Positions 10,655-19,802 of a DNA stretch of 64,000 bases are shown here, one piece after another. The notes under the pieces were generated by a model, which saw only the letters and a program-made list of their open reading frames with translations, was not told the DNA's origin and did not search any database. Every line of letters starts with the position of its first letter. Positions within the stretch are counted from its first letter, which is position 1. Location: contig OY762964.1 of the NCBI GenBank assembly GCA_963667035.1, forward strand, positions 2,432,001 through 2,496,000, read 5' to 3'. Both the position numbers and the translations under genes were made by a program. Source of the stretch: Candidatus Cloacimonadales bacterium (lineage in GTDB: Bacteria > Cloacimonadota > Cloacimonadia > Cloacimonadales > JAFGVF01).

Positions 10655-11196
10655 TTATAATCAACCGGATTAATATTTATTTTGAGTTCGGGAGACTTAT
10701 TCTTCCATAGCAGATTAAGGTCGAACTCTTTTTGTTGTGAAGCAAAGAATAACTTATTTAGCTTTGCAATTATTCTAATAGTACACTTATCACAATCAGG
10801 AAGTAACAATAACCTATCAAACTGAGAAAATGCCTTGATCATCTCGTTCAACTCAGTAAAATAACTATCCGGGAAACCTGCATTATTTTTCATAACATAA
10901 GTTTTCTCCATAGGTTTATATTCTACAGTATGATTATGTACCATTGTTTTATATATCTCTCCATCGGCATAAATATCAATATCGAAATCCAAACTTATTT
11001 CTTCACCTGATTTAAACACATCATCAAAATCATTTTCAAAAGCTCCGACTAACTCTGTTCTACAGCTGATTCCACTATCAAGCACTTCTAACTCAGGAGT
11101 GTTAAAAGATGCATTATTACCTTCATAAGATGAAAATAACAAGAAGGAAAGAGCTATTGCTCCTTTCATAAGATTATCAGCTATTTTTTCAAACAT
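10651..11196 (-). CDS. Exported protein, DUF4390-like (often upstream of ntrYX-type pairs)
   Basis: N-terminal hydrophobic segment; 4-bp overlap with the kinase; family call mainly from size and position. Confidence 0.5.
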   Translation of the reverse strand: MFEKIADNLMKGAIALSFLLFSSYEGNNASFNTPELEVLDSGISCRTELVGAFENDFDDVFKSGEEISLDFDIDIYADGEIYKTMVHNHTVEYKPMEKTYVMKNNAGFPDSYFTELNEMIKAFSQFDRLLLLPDCDKCTIRIIAKLNKLFFASQQKEFDLNLLWKNKSPELKININPVDYK

Positions 11197-11249
11197 GGAT
11201 TACCTCTACAATATTTTTACCCTTCGGCTCTTTTTGGCAATATCTTTTT

Positions 11250-11286
11250 TAAAAAGAGGAGAGGCCCCGCCTACATGGCAAGGCCC
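11250..11286 (-). terminator. Intrinsic terminator after the PDZ-barrel gene
   Basis: Minus strand GGGCCUUGCC-augua-GGCGGGGCCU stem, then CUCCUCUUUUU. Confidence 0.6.
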
Positions 11287-11310
11287 GACCCTGACCGCTT
11301 AGAGAAATAG

Positions 11311-12618
11311 TTAAAATCCGAAACTTATCCAAGGACCAACAGTAAATGCATAACCATTCATAGTTGTCTCTGGTGAGTTATCTATAATAAAGTTTCCGCT
11401 TGTTTCTTTCCAACCCGGTTCCGAGCTATACCCGATCAAGTATGATCCTTCGGCTCTTATTCCTAACCAACTTAGAATGCCTATGTATAAATCGGCTTTA
11501 GGACGTGCGATATAATAGCTTCTCTTCATCTTCATAGCATTGTTACTATCTGAGTCAAATTGATTGTCTAAATCATTCCAATTGTAAACACCATTTGTCT
11601 GAGTAAAGTTAAGAGTCTGATTACCGCTTCCTAAGGCAATACCTAATGTTGGTTGAATCCACTTGGCTAACATAAATTTCTTATCAATTGTTATGCCCCA
11701 CCAGTTACTTTTAAACTCCATTCTTCGAGTAACGCTGAAGTCTTTTGTCGAATCCTTATATTCATCAGGTTGTATAGGATTAGAGGAATCACTTGTAGAA
11801 ATCAAATGTCCAACTTTTCTATTTATCTTGTAACTTGTTCCCATAGCACCAAGATAAAAACCTTTACCAACATGAATTCTACCGGTAAAACCATTATAGA
11901 ACACTCCATCTTCATCTAACTTATCAAACCCCATTTTTCCGATAACATCGTTAACATCTTCAATATCATCCATCATATACCAATATGGTGTATACATGAA
12001 TTCTAGAGATGGATAATCTAATCTCTTTTCAGATGTTATTACTGACTTTGTTGTAGTTGTGGTTACCTTCTTCTCAGGACGTCTACCAAATGTAAAGTTC
12101 ATTACTTTCTCTTCACCGTATGAGAAATACTTAATTGGTACGGTTTGATCAGGCATATAAGACTGTATAATCTTTACAAATTTATCTTTATCTATACACT
12201 TTTTACCATCAATTTCAATTAAAACATCATCAGCGGCAAGACCATGTTGATGAGCAGGAGAAGATGCACCTGTACCTGTGATGAGAACTCCATAGTTATA
12301 TGGATAATCAAGTTCTCTAACTTTATTCAGGGTCAAATTCTCATAATAAACACCCATATAAGCTCTTTCACCGGCTGATTCGGTTGTAGAGTTAACTGTG
12401 ATTATTCTAGTCTCATCATCTCCATCAATTGCAAATTCAATATTCTCACCAAGCATCTCGGCTTTTTCACCAACTCTCTCACCAAATGCTTCCACCTTTT
12501 CACCAAATGCTTCCATCTTTTCTTCTATTTCATCTGGGCTATCAGCTGTAATTGTAGCTGAAAGCAACCACACCAGTGGAAACAGAGAAATCATTAAAAC
12601 TATTAATAACTTTTTCAT
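11311..12618 (-). CDS. Exported protein: heptad coiled coil + PDZ domain + probable C-terminal outer-membrane beta-barrel
   Basis: Signal peptide; EKMEAFG/EKVEAFG repeats; PDZ (AYMGV...GVLIT...SPAHQHGL...DVLIEIDG); alternating beta-strands ending ISFGF. Confidence 0.7.
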   Translation of the reverse strand: MKKLLIVLMISLFPLVWLLSATITADSPDEIEEKMEAFGEKVEAFGERVGEKAEMLGENIEFAIDGDDETRIITVNSTTESAGERAYMGVYYENLTLNKVRELDYPYNYGVLITGTGASSPAHQHGLAADDVLIEIDGKKCIDKDKFVKIIQSYMPDQTVPIKYFSYGEEKVMNFTFGRRPEKKVTTTTTKSVITSEKRLDYPSLEFMYTPYWYMMDDIEDVNDVIGKMGFDKLDEDGVFYNGFTGRIHVGKGFYLGAMGTSYKINRKVGHLISTSDSSNPIQPDEYKDSTKDFSVTRRMEFKSNWWGITIDKKFMLAKWIQPTLGIALGSGNQTLNFTQTNGVYNWNDLDNQFDSDSNNAMKMKRSYYIARPKADLYIGILSWLGIRAEGSYLIGYSSEPGWKETSGNFIIDNSPETTMNGYAFTVGPWISFGF

Positions 12619-12658
12619 TTTATCCTCCCGTCGTTTATTAATGTCGATCTTTTATTAC

Positions 12659-12674
12659 TGCACGATACGTTCCA
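12659..12674 (-). promoter_or_regulatory. Sigma-54 (-24/-12) promoter of the PDZ-barrel gene
   Basis: Minus strand TGGAACGTATCGTGCA = GG-N10-GC, about 40 bp upstream of ATG 12618, which has a GGAGG SD. Confidence 0.6.
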
Positions 12675-12703
12675 ATTTCATTCCAATCCAACAAGCTATT
12701 TTA

Positions 12704-12716
12704 TATCAATATTTTA
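12704..12716 (+). promoter_or_regulatory. IHF-type binding site
   Basis: TATCAATATTTTA matches WATCAANNNNTTR, with an AT-rich 5' flank. Confidence 0.4.
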
Positions 12717-12759
12717 CGAGCTCTCATCATCACTTTAAACAATTCAAGAGCACAACTAT

Positions 12760-12778
12760 ATATATCATTATGATATAT
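12760..12778. promoter_or_regulatory. Perfect palindrome, candidate activator (UAS) or operator site
   Basis: ATATATCAT-T-ATGATATAT between divergent genes. Confidence 0.4.
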
Positions 12779-12874
12779 CCGGCAGGTAGGTTTGATATAG
12801 TTATAAGGGATTTATAAGACATATTTCTTGCCATAATGAAATTAGCAACTATCATAACACTACAAAGGAGATTT

Positions 12875-14824
12875 ATGAGATTAAGAGATTATCTGTTTGA
12901 TGTTGCTCCGAAGATTGTTTCGTACGAAAGGGCTCGAAAAGGTGGAAAGAGAACCTCCAATCCTCTTACAATAACTTTTTCTGTTACTGGTGCGTGCAGA
13001 AGCTTATGTAAAACCTGCAATATAGGTAGAGTTTATATGGAAAATCCTGATATTGCCAAGAAAGATTTATCACTTAATGAGATAGAGTCTGTTTTTAAAT
13101 CTTTAGGGCATATCTACTTCTTCAATGTGTCCGGAGGTGAACCATTCATGAGAATGGATCTTCCGGAAATACTGAAATTAGCTTTTATTCATTTAAAGCC
13201 AAAATTAATTAGTATCCCGACAAACTCATTAGCTCCTAAATCAATTGAAAAAGCAACACTAAAAATCTTAGCATATATGGATGAATATCTTCCCCCTCAT
13301 GTACCTTTATCAATAAAACCATCTATAGATGGGGTTGGAGAAATGCATGACTATGTTAGGGGAATTAAAGGTAACTTTGTTAAACTGGAAGAAACTATCG
13401 ATAGACTTCTAGCTATTAGAGAAAAGAATCCTCGATTACATGTTGATTTAGGTACTGTAATCTCTAATTACAACCTTAATCACTTAGATGATCTTGAAGC
13501 ATGGGTACACAAAAGAGGCATAGAATCGTATAGACATGAGATAGCAGAACAGAGAGTAGAATTTCATAATGTAGGAGATCCGATAACTCCTTCTCCTAGA
13601 GCTTATAAACAACTTACTCGTGATTTTTCCAACAAAATTATTGAGAATATTAAAGGCAAAGCTCTTCACACAAAAGTAACCGAGTCGGTACGTCTTGCCT
13701 ATTATGATGTTGCAAACAACATTTTAAAGCAAAAGCAGCAAGTTACACCCTGTTATGGTGGATTATCTAATATCCATATGGATTATAATGGCGAAATATG
13801 GCCTTGTTGTATCCTTGGCGGAGAGCAATCCATGGGTAATGTAAGAGATTGGGACTATAACATTCAAGCTCTTATGGATTCACCTAGAGCTAAAACAGTT
13901 ATCGAGTATATAAGTAATGGAAATTGTGCATGTCCACTGGCTAGTCAGTGGCTTAACAATGTTTTACTCACGCCTAAGCACATGCTTAACGTACTCTATA
14001 TTCTTTTGGTAAAATTCCCGTTTAGATTGTTATCTCCTAGTTTAGGGAAGCCAAAAGTTGATAAAGAGGAAGCAATCATTCTGAAGAAGGCTGGTACTAT
14101 ACCCACTCCTTCATGTTTTAATCAAGATGAGCTTGAGAAGAATGATAAAGAGTTTACTGAAGTTAAGCCAATAACAAATGTTAAAACTTTTAGGGTCAAA
14201 GAGATCAATAATCTATCGAATAAAAACTACATCCTTACAATAGATAGGCACGGTATAGATTTCATACCGGGGCAATTCTTTATTCTTGGTCCTGCAAATG
14301 AGAAGATAGGTAGAGAATACACCATTTACTCAAGTCGATATAACTCTAACCTTAAGTTTATGATATCTGAAATCGAAAACGGACAAGTATCAGGAGCATT
14401 AAGAAAACTAGAACCGGGAGATGAAGTAAGAATCGAAGGACCATTAGGATATTTTCATGTCGAAACTGACCCCACTTTTAAAGGGAAGCATATATTCATT
14501 GCTACAGGTGCGGGAATTGCTCCTTTCCACTCTTTCATTACCAGTAATCCTGATTTGAATTATCAGGTTATTCACGGAGTACGCAAACTTGAAGAGAGTT
14601 TTGATACTTCTGATTATGAAAGGGAAAAGATGATCATCTGTACTTCTCGAGAAGATACCGGTGATTATCATGGTAGAGTGACAGACTATCTGAGAGATAA
14701 TCCGGTAAATGCAGAAGATATTTTCTATATTTGCGGAAACACTGATATGCTTTACGAAACTTATGATATTCTAATTTCTCAGGGAGTTACCAGGAAATCA
14801 ATCAAAGTGGAAGTCTTTTATTAA
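12875..14824 (+). CDS. Radical SAM (SPASM/twitch-type) protein fused to an FNR-family FAD/NAD(P)H oxidoreductase
   Basis: CRSLCKTC (CxxxCxxC), SGGEPF, auxiliary Cys (CYGG...WPCC...CACP); C-terminal REYTIYS, GQVS, EGPLG, ATGAGIAPF, YICG, terminal EVFY; start set to the ATG after AAGGAG. Confidence 0.85.
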   Translation: MRLRDYLFDVAPKIVSYERARKGGKRTSNPLTITFSVTGACRSLCKTCNIGRVYMENPDIAKKDLSLNEIESVFKSLGHIYFFNVSGGEPFMRMDLPEILKLAFIHLKPKLISIPTNSLAPKSIEKATLKILAYMDEYLPPHVPLSIKPSIDGVGEMHDYVRGIKGNFVKLEETIDRLLAIREKNPRLHVDLGTVISNYNLNHLDDLEAWVHKRGIESYRHEIAEQRVEFHNVGDPITPSPRAYKQLTRDFSNKIIENIKGKALHTKVTESVRLAYYDVANNILKQKQQVTPCYGGLSNIHMDYNGEIWPCCILGGEQSMGNVRDWDYNIQALMDSPRAKTVIEYISNGNCACPLASQWLNNVLLTPKHMLNVLYILLVKFPFRLLSPSLGKPKVDKEEAIILKKAGTIPTPSCFNQDELEKNDKEFTEVKPITNVKTFRVKEINNLSNKNYILTIDRHGIDFIPGQFFILGPANEKIGREYTIYSSRYNSNLKFMISEIENGQVSGALRKLEPGDEVRIEGPLGYFHVETDPTFKGKHIFIATGAGIAPFHSFITSNPDLNYQVIHGVRKLEESFDTSDYEREKMIICTSREDTGDYHGRVTDYLRDNPVNAEDIFYICGNTDMLYETYDILISQGVTRKSIKVEVFY

Positions 14825-14853
14825 TCAGTAACTAATAAAGTTACAACGTAATT

Positions 14854-15498
14854 TTATATACAGTACTCTTTAACTTTAGCTATAAAGTATTCCCTAATCT
14901 CTGAAAGCCTTGTATCTTCAATACTTTCCGGGACTAGTATCTGACAGTAAGCTCCGGTAGTTTCATCGGTTACCGATGTTCTCACAGAGTCAGTCATAGG
15001 TGAGCCAAACGCTCCCTTTGAGTCTGAGTATACAATTCTACCCGAGAAGTTTATAACTTGATGATTAAGTGCCAAATACTCATCTGTAGTCTTCCCAAGC
15101 CTGATTTCGATATCACCTTCTATCTTTTCACTATCATAAATGCAAACAGGTACCTGATACTTTAAAGATACAAGATTCCCCAAATCTACAAGATTACTCA
15201 CCGTATAAAATTCTTTATTCTTTAGTGCTCTTCTGAGTAAAGCTTCCGAAGCCGGTCTTCGTTTTGTCGGGTCCATTCCCAACGCATGAAACAACCTTCT
15301 TACATCATTTACTCCCGGGATATCCGTAACTGAAACATTCCCATATCTATTCCTATAATCTTCAGCACATCTTAATAACTCAGAATGCACTTCCGCATTT
15401 TTGTATATTCTCAAGCCTTCAACATGAAAAACACTCACCTTCAAAGGTAAGTTATCTTTTACGTGATATTCATTATTTTCAACATATCTTATATTCAT
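14854..15498 (-). CDS. Free-standing B3/B4 (PheRS editing-like) domain protein
   Basis: GMDPTKRRPASEALLRR, NLVDLGNLVSL, YD...IEG, GSP motifs. Confidence 0.85.
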   Translation of the reverse strand: MNIRYVENNEYHVKDNLPLKVSVFHVEGLRIYKNAEVHSELLRCAEDYRNRYGNVSVTDIPGVNDVRRLFHALGMDPTKRRPASEALLRRALKNKEFYTVSNLVDLGNLVSLKYQVPVCIYDSEKIEGDIEIRLGKTTDEYLALNHQVINFSGRIVYSDSKGAFGSPMTDSVRTSVTDETTGAYCQILVPESIEDTRLSEIREYFIAKVKEYCI

Positions 15499-15668
15499 TA
15501 TTTACAACCTCATCACTATTAACAATTACTAATAGAAGAACTTTGTCAAGTTTACGTTACTGCTATCTATGAAGAGAAAACGACATAAACGGAAAGAATA
15601 GAACAAACATGAGTTTAGTGCTTTGCGTATTCAAGTTTTCTTAATATCAATTATGCCCTATTTCAACA

Positions 15669-15785
15669 CTCGTGAATCTTTCGGGATTTGGTCATGATTC
15701 TCGTGGGAATTTCTCGGGCAAAGCCCCGAGTGATTCCCGAGAGAGTCCAGTGAGATTCCCGAGTGTGTCCCGAGTGTGTCCCGAG
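15669..15785. repeat. Inverted array of 11-bp-phased CTCGGG/CCCGAG motifs
   Basis: CCCGAG at 15725, 15736, 15758, 15769, 15780 (degenerate at 15747); reverse-complement-like units at 15669, 15680, 15691, 15702, 15713. Confidence 0.85.
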
Positions 15786-15825
15786 AATTAAGATATAGCA
15801 GAAAAGGAAATAAGTTTGCGAATTC

Positions 15826-15857
15826 AATAAAAAAAGCCTCTATAAAACAAGAGGCTT
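15826..15857 (-). terminator. Intrinsic terminator after frr
   Basis: AAGCCTC...GAGGCTT stem followed by a U-tract on the minus strand. Confidence 0.75.
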
Positions 15858-15877
15858 AAAATAATCAAAGAAGGAAA

Positions 15878-16432
15878 TTATACTTCCATAATCTCTTTTT
15901 CTTTATTAGCAATGCTTTCGTCTACTTTAGTAATCCATTTATCTGTTTTATCCTGAACAGTCTTAAGATGTTTTTTCTCATCGTCTTCAGTAATATCAGA
16001 ATTCTTTTTAGCTTTCTTAATGTATTCGTTAGCATCACGACGAATGTTTCTAACAGCAATCTTTGCTTCTTCGCCCATCTGCTTAATTTGCTTAACAATC
16101 TCTTTACGCTTATCTTCTGTAAGAGCTTGGAAAGGAAGACGGATGATATTACCGTCATTTTCAGGTGTAACACCTAAATTAGCAGCATAAATAGCTTTTT
16201 CTATTTCAGCTAAGGTAGTTTTATCCCAAGGTTGAAGAACGATCATTCTTGCTTCGGGAATACTAATATTGCATAGCTGTTTTACAGGAGTAGGTGCACC
16301 GTAATAGTTAATTTTAATATTATCTAAAACGCTTGCATTAGCTCTTCCTGTTCTAACTTTAGCAAAGTTTCCAAGTAGAGATTCGAAGGATTTCTCCATC
16401 TTTTTATCTATATCATTAATATAGTCGTTCAT
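15878..16432 (-). CDS. frr: Ribosome recycling factor
   Basis: RTGRA, YYGAPTP, IVLQPWDK, RNIRRDAN. Confidence 0.97.
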   Translation of the reverse strand: MNDYINDIDKKMEKSFESLLGNFAKVRTGRANASVLDNIKINYYGAPTPVKQLCNISIPEARMIVLQPWDKTTLAEIEKAIYAANLGVTPENDGNIIRLPFQALTEDKRKEIVKQIKQMGEEAKIAVRNIRRDANEYIKKAKKNSDITEDDEKKHLKTVQDKTDKWITKVDESIANKEKEIMEV

Positions 16433-16443
16433 TTTTCCCCCAA

Positions 16444-17169
16444 TTACTTATGAATAATTGTGCCGGTATTTTGTTCCAGAAGAGCATTCCGGACATTTCC
16501 TTTCTTCGTTACATCAAAAACTTTTATGGTTAGATTATGTTCTCTTGCAAGAGAAAAAGCGGTCATATCCATAATTCTTAATTCTTTGATAAGTGCTTCA
16601 TCGTATGATAAACTATCATATTTTACTGCATCTTGAACTTTGACAGGGTCAGCAGAATAAACTCCGTCAACTTTAGTTCCTTTAAGAACTAATCCTGCAT
16701 TAAGTTCAATAGCTCTAAGAACAGCAGCCGTGTCAGTAGTGAAGAACGGATTACCGGTGCCTCCGCAAAGGAAGCAAATTCTTCCTTCTTTTAAGGCATT
16801 ATCCACCCGATCAGGTGTGTAAAATTTAGCAATCTTATCTGCTTGAACAGCAGTAAAGACTTCTGCTCTATGGTTTTTGCGATTAATAACTTCAGCAAGA
16901 TAAAGAGCATTCTGGATAGTAGCAAGCATACCAACATTGTCTAAGACAGTTCTATCCAAAGACAATTTAGTCATACTTCCACCTCGGAAGATATTACCTC
17001 CACCGAGTACGATCCCGACAGATACTCCCAGTTTTCTCAATTCGATAATATCATCAGTTATAGAATCAACAACTTCATCATCAAATCCAAAACCTTTATC
17101 TCCGGCAAGAATCTCACCACTCAGTTTAAAGATTACACGCTGAATATTTTCCGGAATATATCTATCCAT
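16444..17169 (-). CDS. pyrH: UMP kinase
   Basis: KLSGE, GGGNIFRG, GNPFFTTDTAA, KVDGVY. Confidence 0.97.
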   Translation of the reverse strand: MDRYIPENIQRVIFKLSGEILAGDKGFGFDDEVVDSITDDIIELRKLGVSVGIVLGGGNIFRGGSMTKLSLDRTVLDNVGMLATIQNALYLAEVINRKNHRAEVFTAVQADKIAKFYTPDRVDNALKEGRICFLCGGTGNPFFTTDTAAVLRAIELNAGLVLKGTKVDGVYSADPVKVQDAVKYDSLSYDEALIKELRIMDMTAFSLAREHNLTIKVFDVTKKGNVRNALLEQNTGTIIHK

Positions 17170-17192
17170 TAAGACTCCTACTTATACTTTAA

Positions 17193-17789
17193 TTATTCGC
17201 CAAGTGAAAGTCTGGCAAATCGAGCAATCTTAATATTCTCACCAAGAGACATGATTGCTTCATTGATAATGTCAGAAACTTTTCTGTCAGAATCTTTAAT
17301 GAAAGCTTGCTCCATAAGAGCATTTTCTTCTCTGAATTTACCGATAATACCTTCAACGATACGATCGATAATCTTTTCAGGTTTGCCATCGTTAATAGCT
17401 TTATTTCTGGCAATTTCAGCTTCAGCTTGAATAGTTGTATCATCAATATCATCTGCATTAACTGCAAGAGGATTAGTAGCAACAATTTGCATACAGATAT
17501 CTTTGCAAAGGTCTTTGAAGGCATCTGTTCTGGCAACGAAATCAGTTTCACAACTCATTTCAACCATAGCACCAACTTTACCGTTTGTGTGAACATAAGA
17601 ATATACGAGACCTTCGTGTGTTTCACGATCCGCTTTTTTAGCAGCTTTACTAAGACCTTTTTCACGAAGATATTTTACCGCTTCTTCAAGATTGCCATCT
17701 TTTTCTGTTAAAGCTCTTTTACAATCCATCATTCCAACACCTGTAAGCTCACGAAGCTTTTTAACATCAGCTGCAGAAATATTTGCCAT
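17193..17789 (-). CDS. tsf: Elongation factor Ts (short, 198-aa type)
   Basis: VKKLRELTGVGMMDCKRAL, CETDFVA. Confidence 0.97.
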   Translation of the reverse strand: MANISAADVKKLRELTGVGMMDCKRALTEKDGNLEEAVKYLREKGLSKAAKKADRETHEGLVYSYVHTNGKVGAMVEMSCETDFVARTDAFKDLCKDICMQIVATNPLAVNADDIDDTTIQAEAEIARNKAINDGKPEKIIDRIVEGIIGKFREENALMEQAFIKDSDRKVSDIINEAIMSLGENIKIARFARLSLGE

Positions 17790-17829
17790 AGGAGACTCCT
17801 TATATTTTTTATTATTAGTTCAAGATTAA

Positions 17830-17864
17830 AAACTAAAAAGAGAGGGAAAGCTGAGCTTTCCCTC
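17830..17864 (-). terminator. Hairpin/attenuator between rpsB and tsf
   Basis: Perfect 10-bp stem GAGGGAAAGC/GCTTTCCCTC with a 3-nt loop, then a U-rich run on the minus strand. Confidence 0.7.
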
Positions 17865-17871
17865 ATGAAGT

Positions 17872-18684
17872 TTATTCAGCGGATTCTTCTGAAGTTTCAG
17901 TTTCTTCCGATTTATTCTCTACTTCTTCAGCAACTTCAGGTGTAATCTCTTCATTAACTTCACCTTCAACTGCATTCTCTTCAAGTTGCATACCTTCACC
18001 CAGCATTTGTTTTCCTTCGATTACAGCATTAGCCATAATGTCAGAAATAAGGTGAATAGCACGGATAGCATCATCATTAGATGGGATAACGTAATCAACT
18101 AAATCAGGATCGCTATTTGTATCAACCATGGCAATGATTGGAACACCAAGTTTTCTTGCTTCATGAATAGCAATACCCTCATGTTGAATATCAACACAGA
18201 ATACAGCACCCGGGGTTCTTGTTAAACCACGGATACCGCCAAGGTTCTTCTCAATCTTGTCATGTACTCTTCTCATTTTAACAGCTTCAAGTTTAGTGAA
18301 ACTTGAGATAGTGCCGTCTTCAACTATATCCTCATAGTATTCCATCTTTTCAATGGATTGACGGATAGTTTTCATATTAGTAAGCATACCACCAAGCCAG
18401 CGATTGTTTACATAGAATACTTCAGCTTTTTCTGCAGCCATTTTTACTGCATCTTGAGCTTGTTTCTTTGTTCCAACAAAGAGAATCTGCTCACCTTTGC
18501 TGGCAACGTCTTTCAAAAATTGATATGCGTCGTTGATAGCGTCAACGGTTTGTTTTAAATCAAGAATATGGATTCCATTTCTTTTAATGAAGATATATTT
18601 CTTCATTTTAGGATTCCATTTCTGAGTCTGATGACCGAAATGTACACCAGCCTCTAGCAGTTGTTTCATAGAAACGACAGACAT
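17872..18684 (-). CDS. rpsB: 30S ribosomal protein S2
   Basis: LLEAGVHFGH, WNPKM, RWLGGMLTN, PSNDDAIR. Confidence 0.98.
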   Translation of the reverse strand: MSVVSMKQLLEAGVHFGHQTQKWNPKMKKYIFIKRNGIHILDLKQTVDAINDAYQFLKDVASKGEQILFVGTKKQAQDAVKMAAEKAEVFYVNNRWLGGMLTNMKTIRQSIEKMEYYEDIVEDGTISSFTKLEAVKMRRVHDKIEKNLGGIRGLTRTPGAVFCVDIQHEGIAIHEARKLGVPIIAMVDTNSDPDLVDYVIPSNDDAIRAIHLISDIMANAVIEGKQMLGEGMQLEENAVEGEVNEEITPEVAEEVENKSEETETSEESAE

Positions 18685-18703
18685 TCTAATTTCTCCTTAG
18701 TAT

Positions 18704-18784
18704 ACGGTTATAGTTCCGCATCGGGATATACGTAATTCAGTTTCCAATCTGAAGGGAAACACCGCCTTACAACTCCCACTACGG
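18704..18784 (-). ncRNA. Putative rpsB (S2) autoregulatory leader RNA
   Basis: Stem CCGUAGUGGGA/UCCCGAUGCGG, inner GUUUCC/GGAAAC hairpin, and internal GCGGU able to pair with downstream ACCGU just before the SD. Confidence 0.55.
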
Positions 18785-18807
18785 TTTTTTGGTAGATTAT
18801 GAGCTGA

Positions 18808-19194
18808 TTAACGTTTAGAGAATTGGAATCTCTTACGTGCTTTTGGACGACCCGGTTTCTTTCTCTCGACCATACGAGGGTCACGAGTAAGGAAACCACG
18901 TTGCTTAAGAGCCTTTCTCAATGTCTCATCATATAAAACGAGAGCTCTTGATACTCCGTGTCTGATAGCGCCGGCCTGACCGGTTAAACCACCACCGCAA
19001 ACATTCACTCTGAGGTCAAACTTGTCACTAAGTTCAACAACATTGAATGGTTGCTCAACCATCATTGAAAGAACTTCACGTTGAAGATAATCTTTCATAA
19101 GACGGTTATTGATGATTCTTTTGCCGGTTCCGGGTGTAAGACGTACTCTTGCGACAGCATCTTTTCTTCTACCGGTAGCGTCAAAATATTGCAT
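18808..19194 (-). CDS. rpsI: 30S ribosomal protein S9
   Basis: [31 protein letters not shown]. Confidence 0.98.
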   Translation of the reverse strand: MQYFDATGRRKDAVARVRLTPGTGKRIINNRLMKDYLQREVLSMMVEQPFNVVELSDKFDLRVNVCGGGLTGQAGAIRHGVSRALVLYDETLRKALKQRGFLTRDPRMVERKKPGRPKARKRFQFSKR

Positions 19195-19205
19195 TCAGTA
19201 TCCTC

Positions 19206-19631
19206 CTAAGATAATGCAACCGGTTTCTGGGCTTCGTGTGGATGCTCAGAACCTGTGTAAATTTTTAATTTTGTCATCATTTGACGGCCAAGAACATTCT
19301 TTGGCATCATTCCTTTAATTGCTCTGCGGATTATTTCTTCTGGTTTATTCTCACGCATGTGAGCATAGCTGGTTTCTCTTAAACCGCTAGGAAAACCACT
19401 ATAATCCTGATAAACTTTCTGAAGTTCTTTACTTCCGGTTACAACAACCTTTTCAGCATTGATAATAACAACATAGTCGCCACAATCAATATTCGGTACG
19501 AAATAAGGTTTGTTTTTTCCACGAAGTATAGAAGCTACTTTGGTAGAAAGTCTTCCCAGAGTCTGATCCGTTGCGTCAATCAAGATCCAATTATGTTGGA
19601 TCTGGTCAGGTCTCGGAGTCAGTGTTTTCAT
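19206..19631 (-). CDS. rplM: 50S ribosomal protein L13
   Basis: LGRL, LRGKNKP, DCGDYVVIINAEKV, HPHEAQKP. Confidence 0.98.
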   Translation of the reverse strand: MKTLTPRPDQIQHNWILIDATDQTLGRLSTKVASILRGKNKPYFVPNIDCGDYVVIINAEKVVVTGSKELQKVYQDYSGFPSGLRETSYAHMRENKPEEIIRRAIKGMMPKNVLGRQMMTKLKIYTGSEHPHEAQKPVALS

Positions 19632-19802
19632 TGTTTCTCCTTTTCCATATTCACTTATATCTATACTTTATAGCGGTTCAAAATATTTTGCACCCTCATT
19701 ATATGTCAAGGTAAATGGATAATTAATTGAATTTTATATAGATACCATCTCATTTGTACAACATGATATAATCTGAGTAATCCAAGATGTTTTTAATCAG
19801 AA

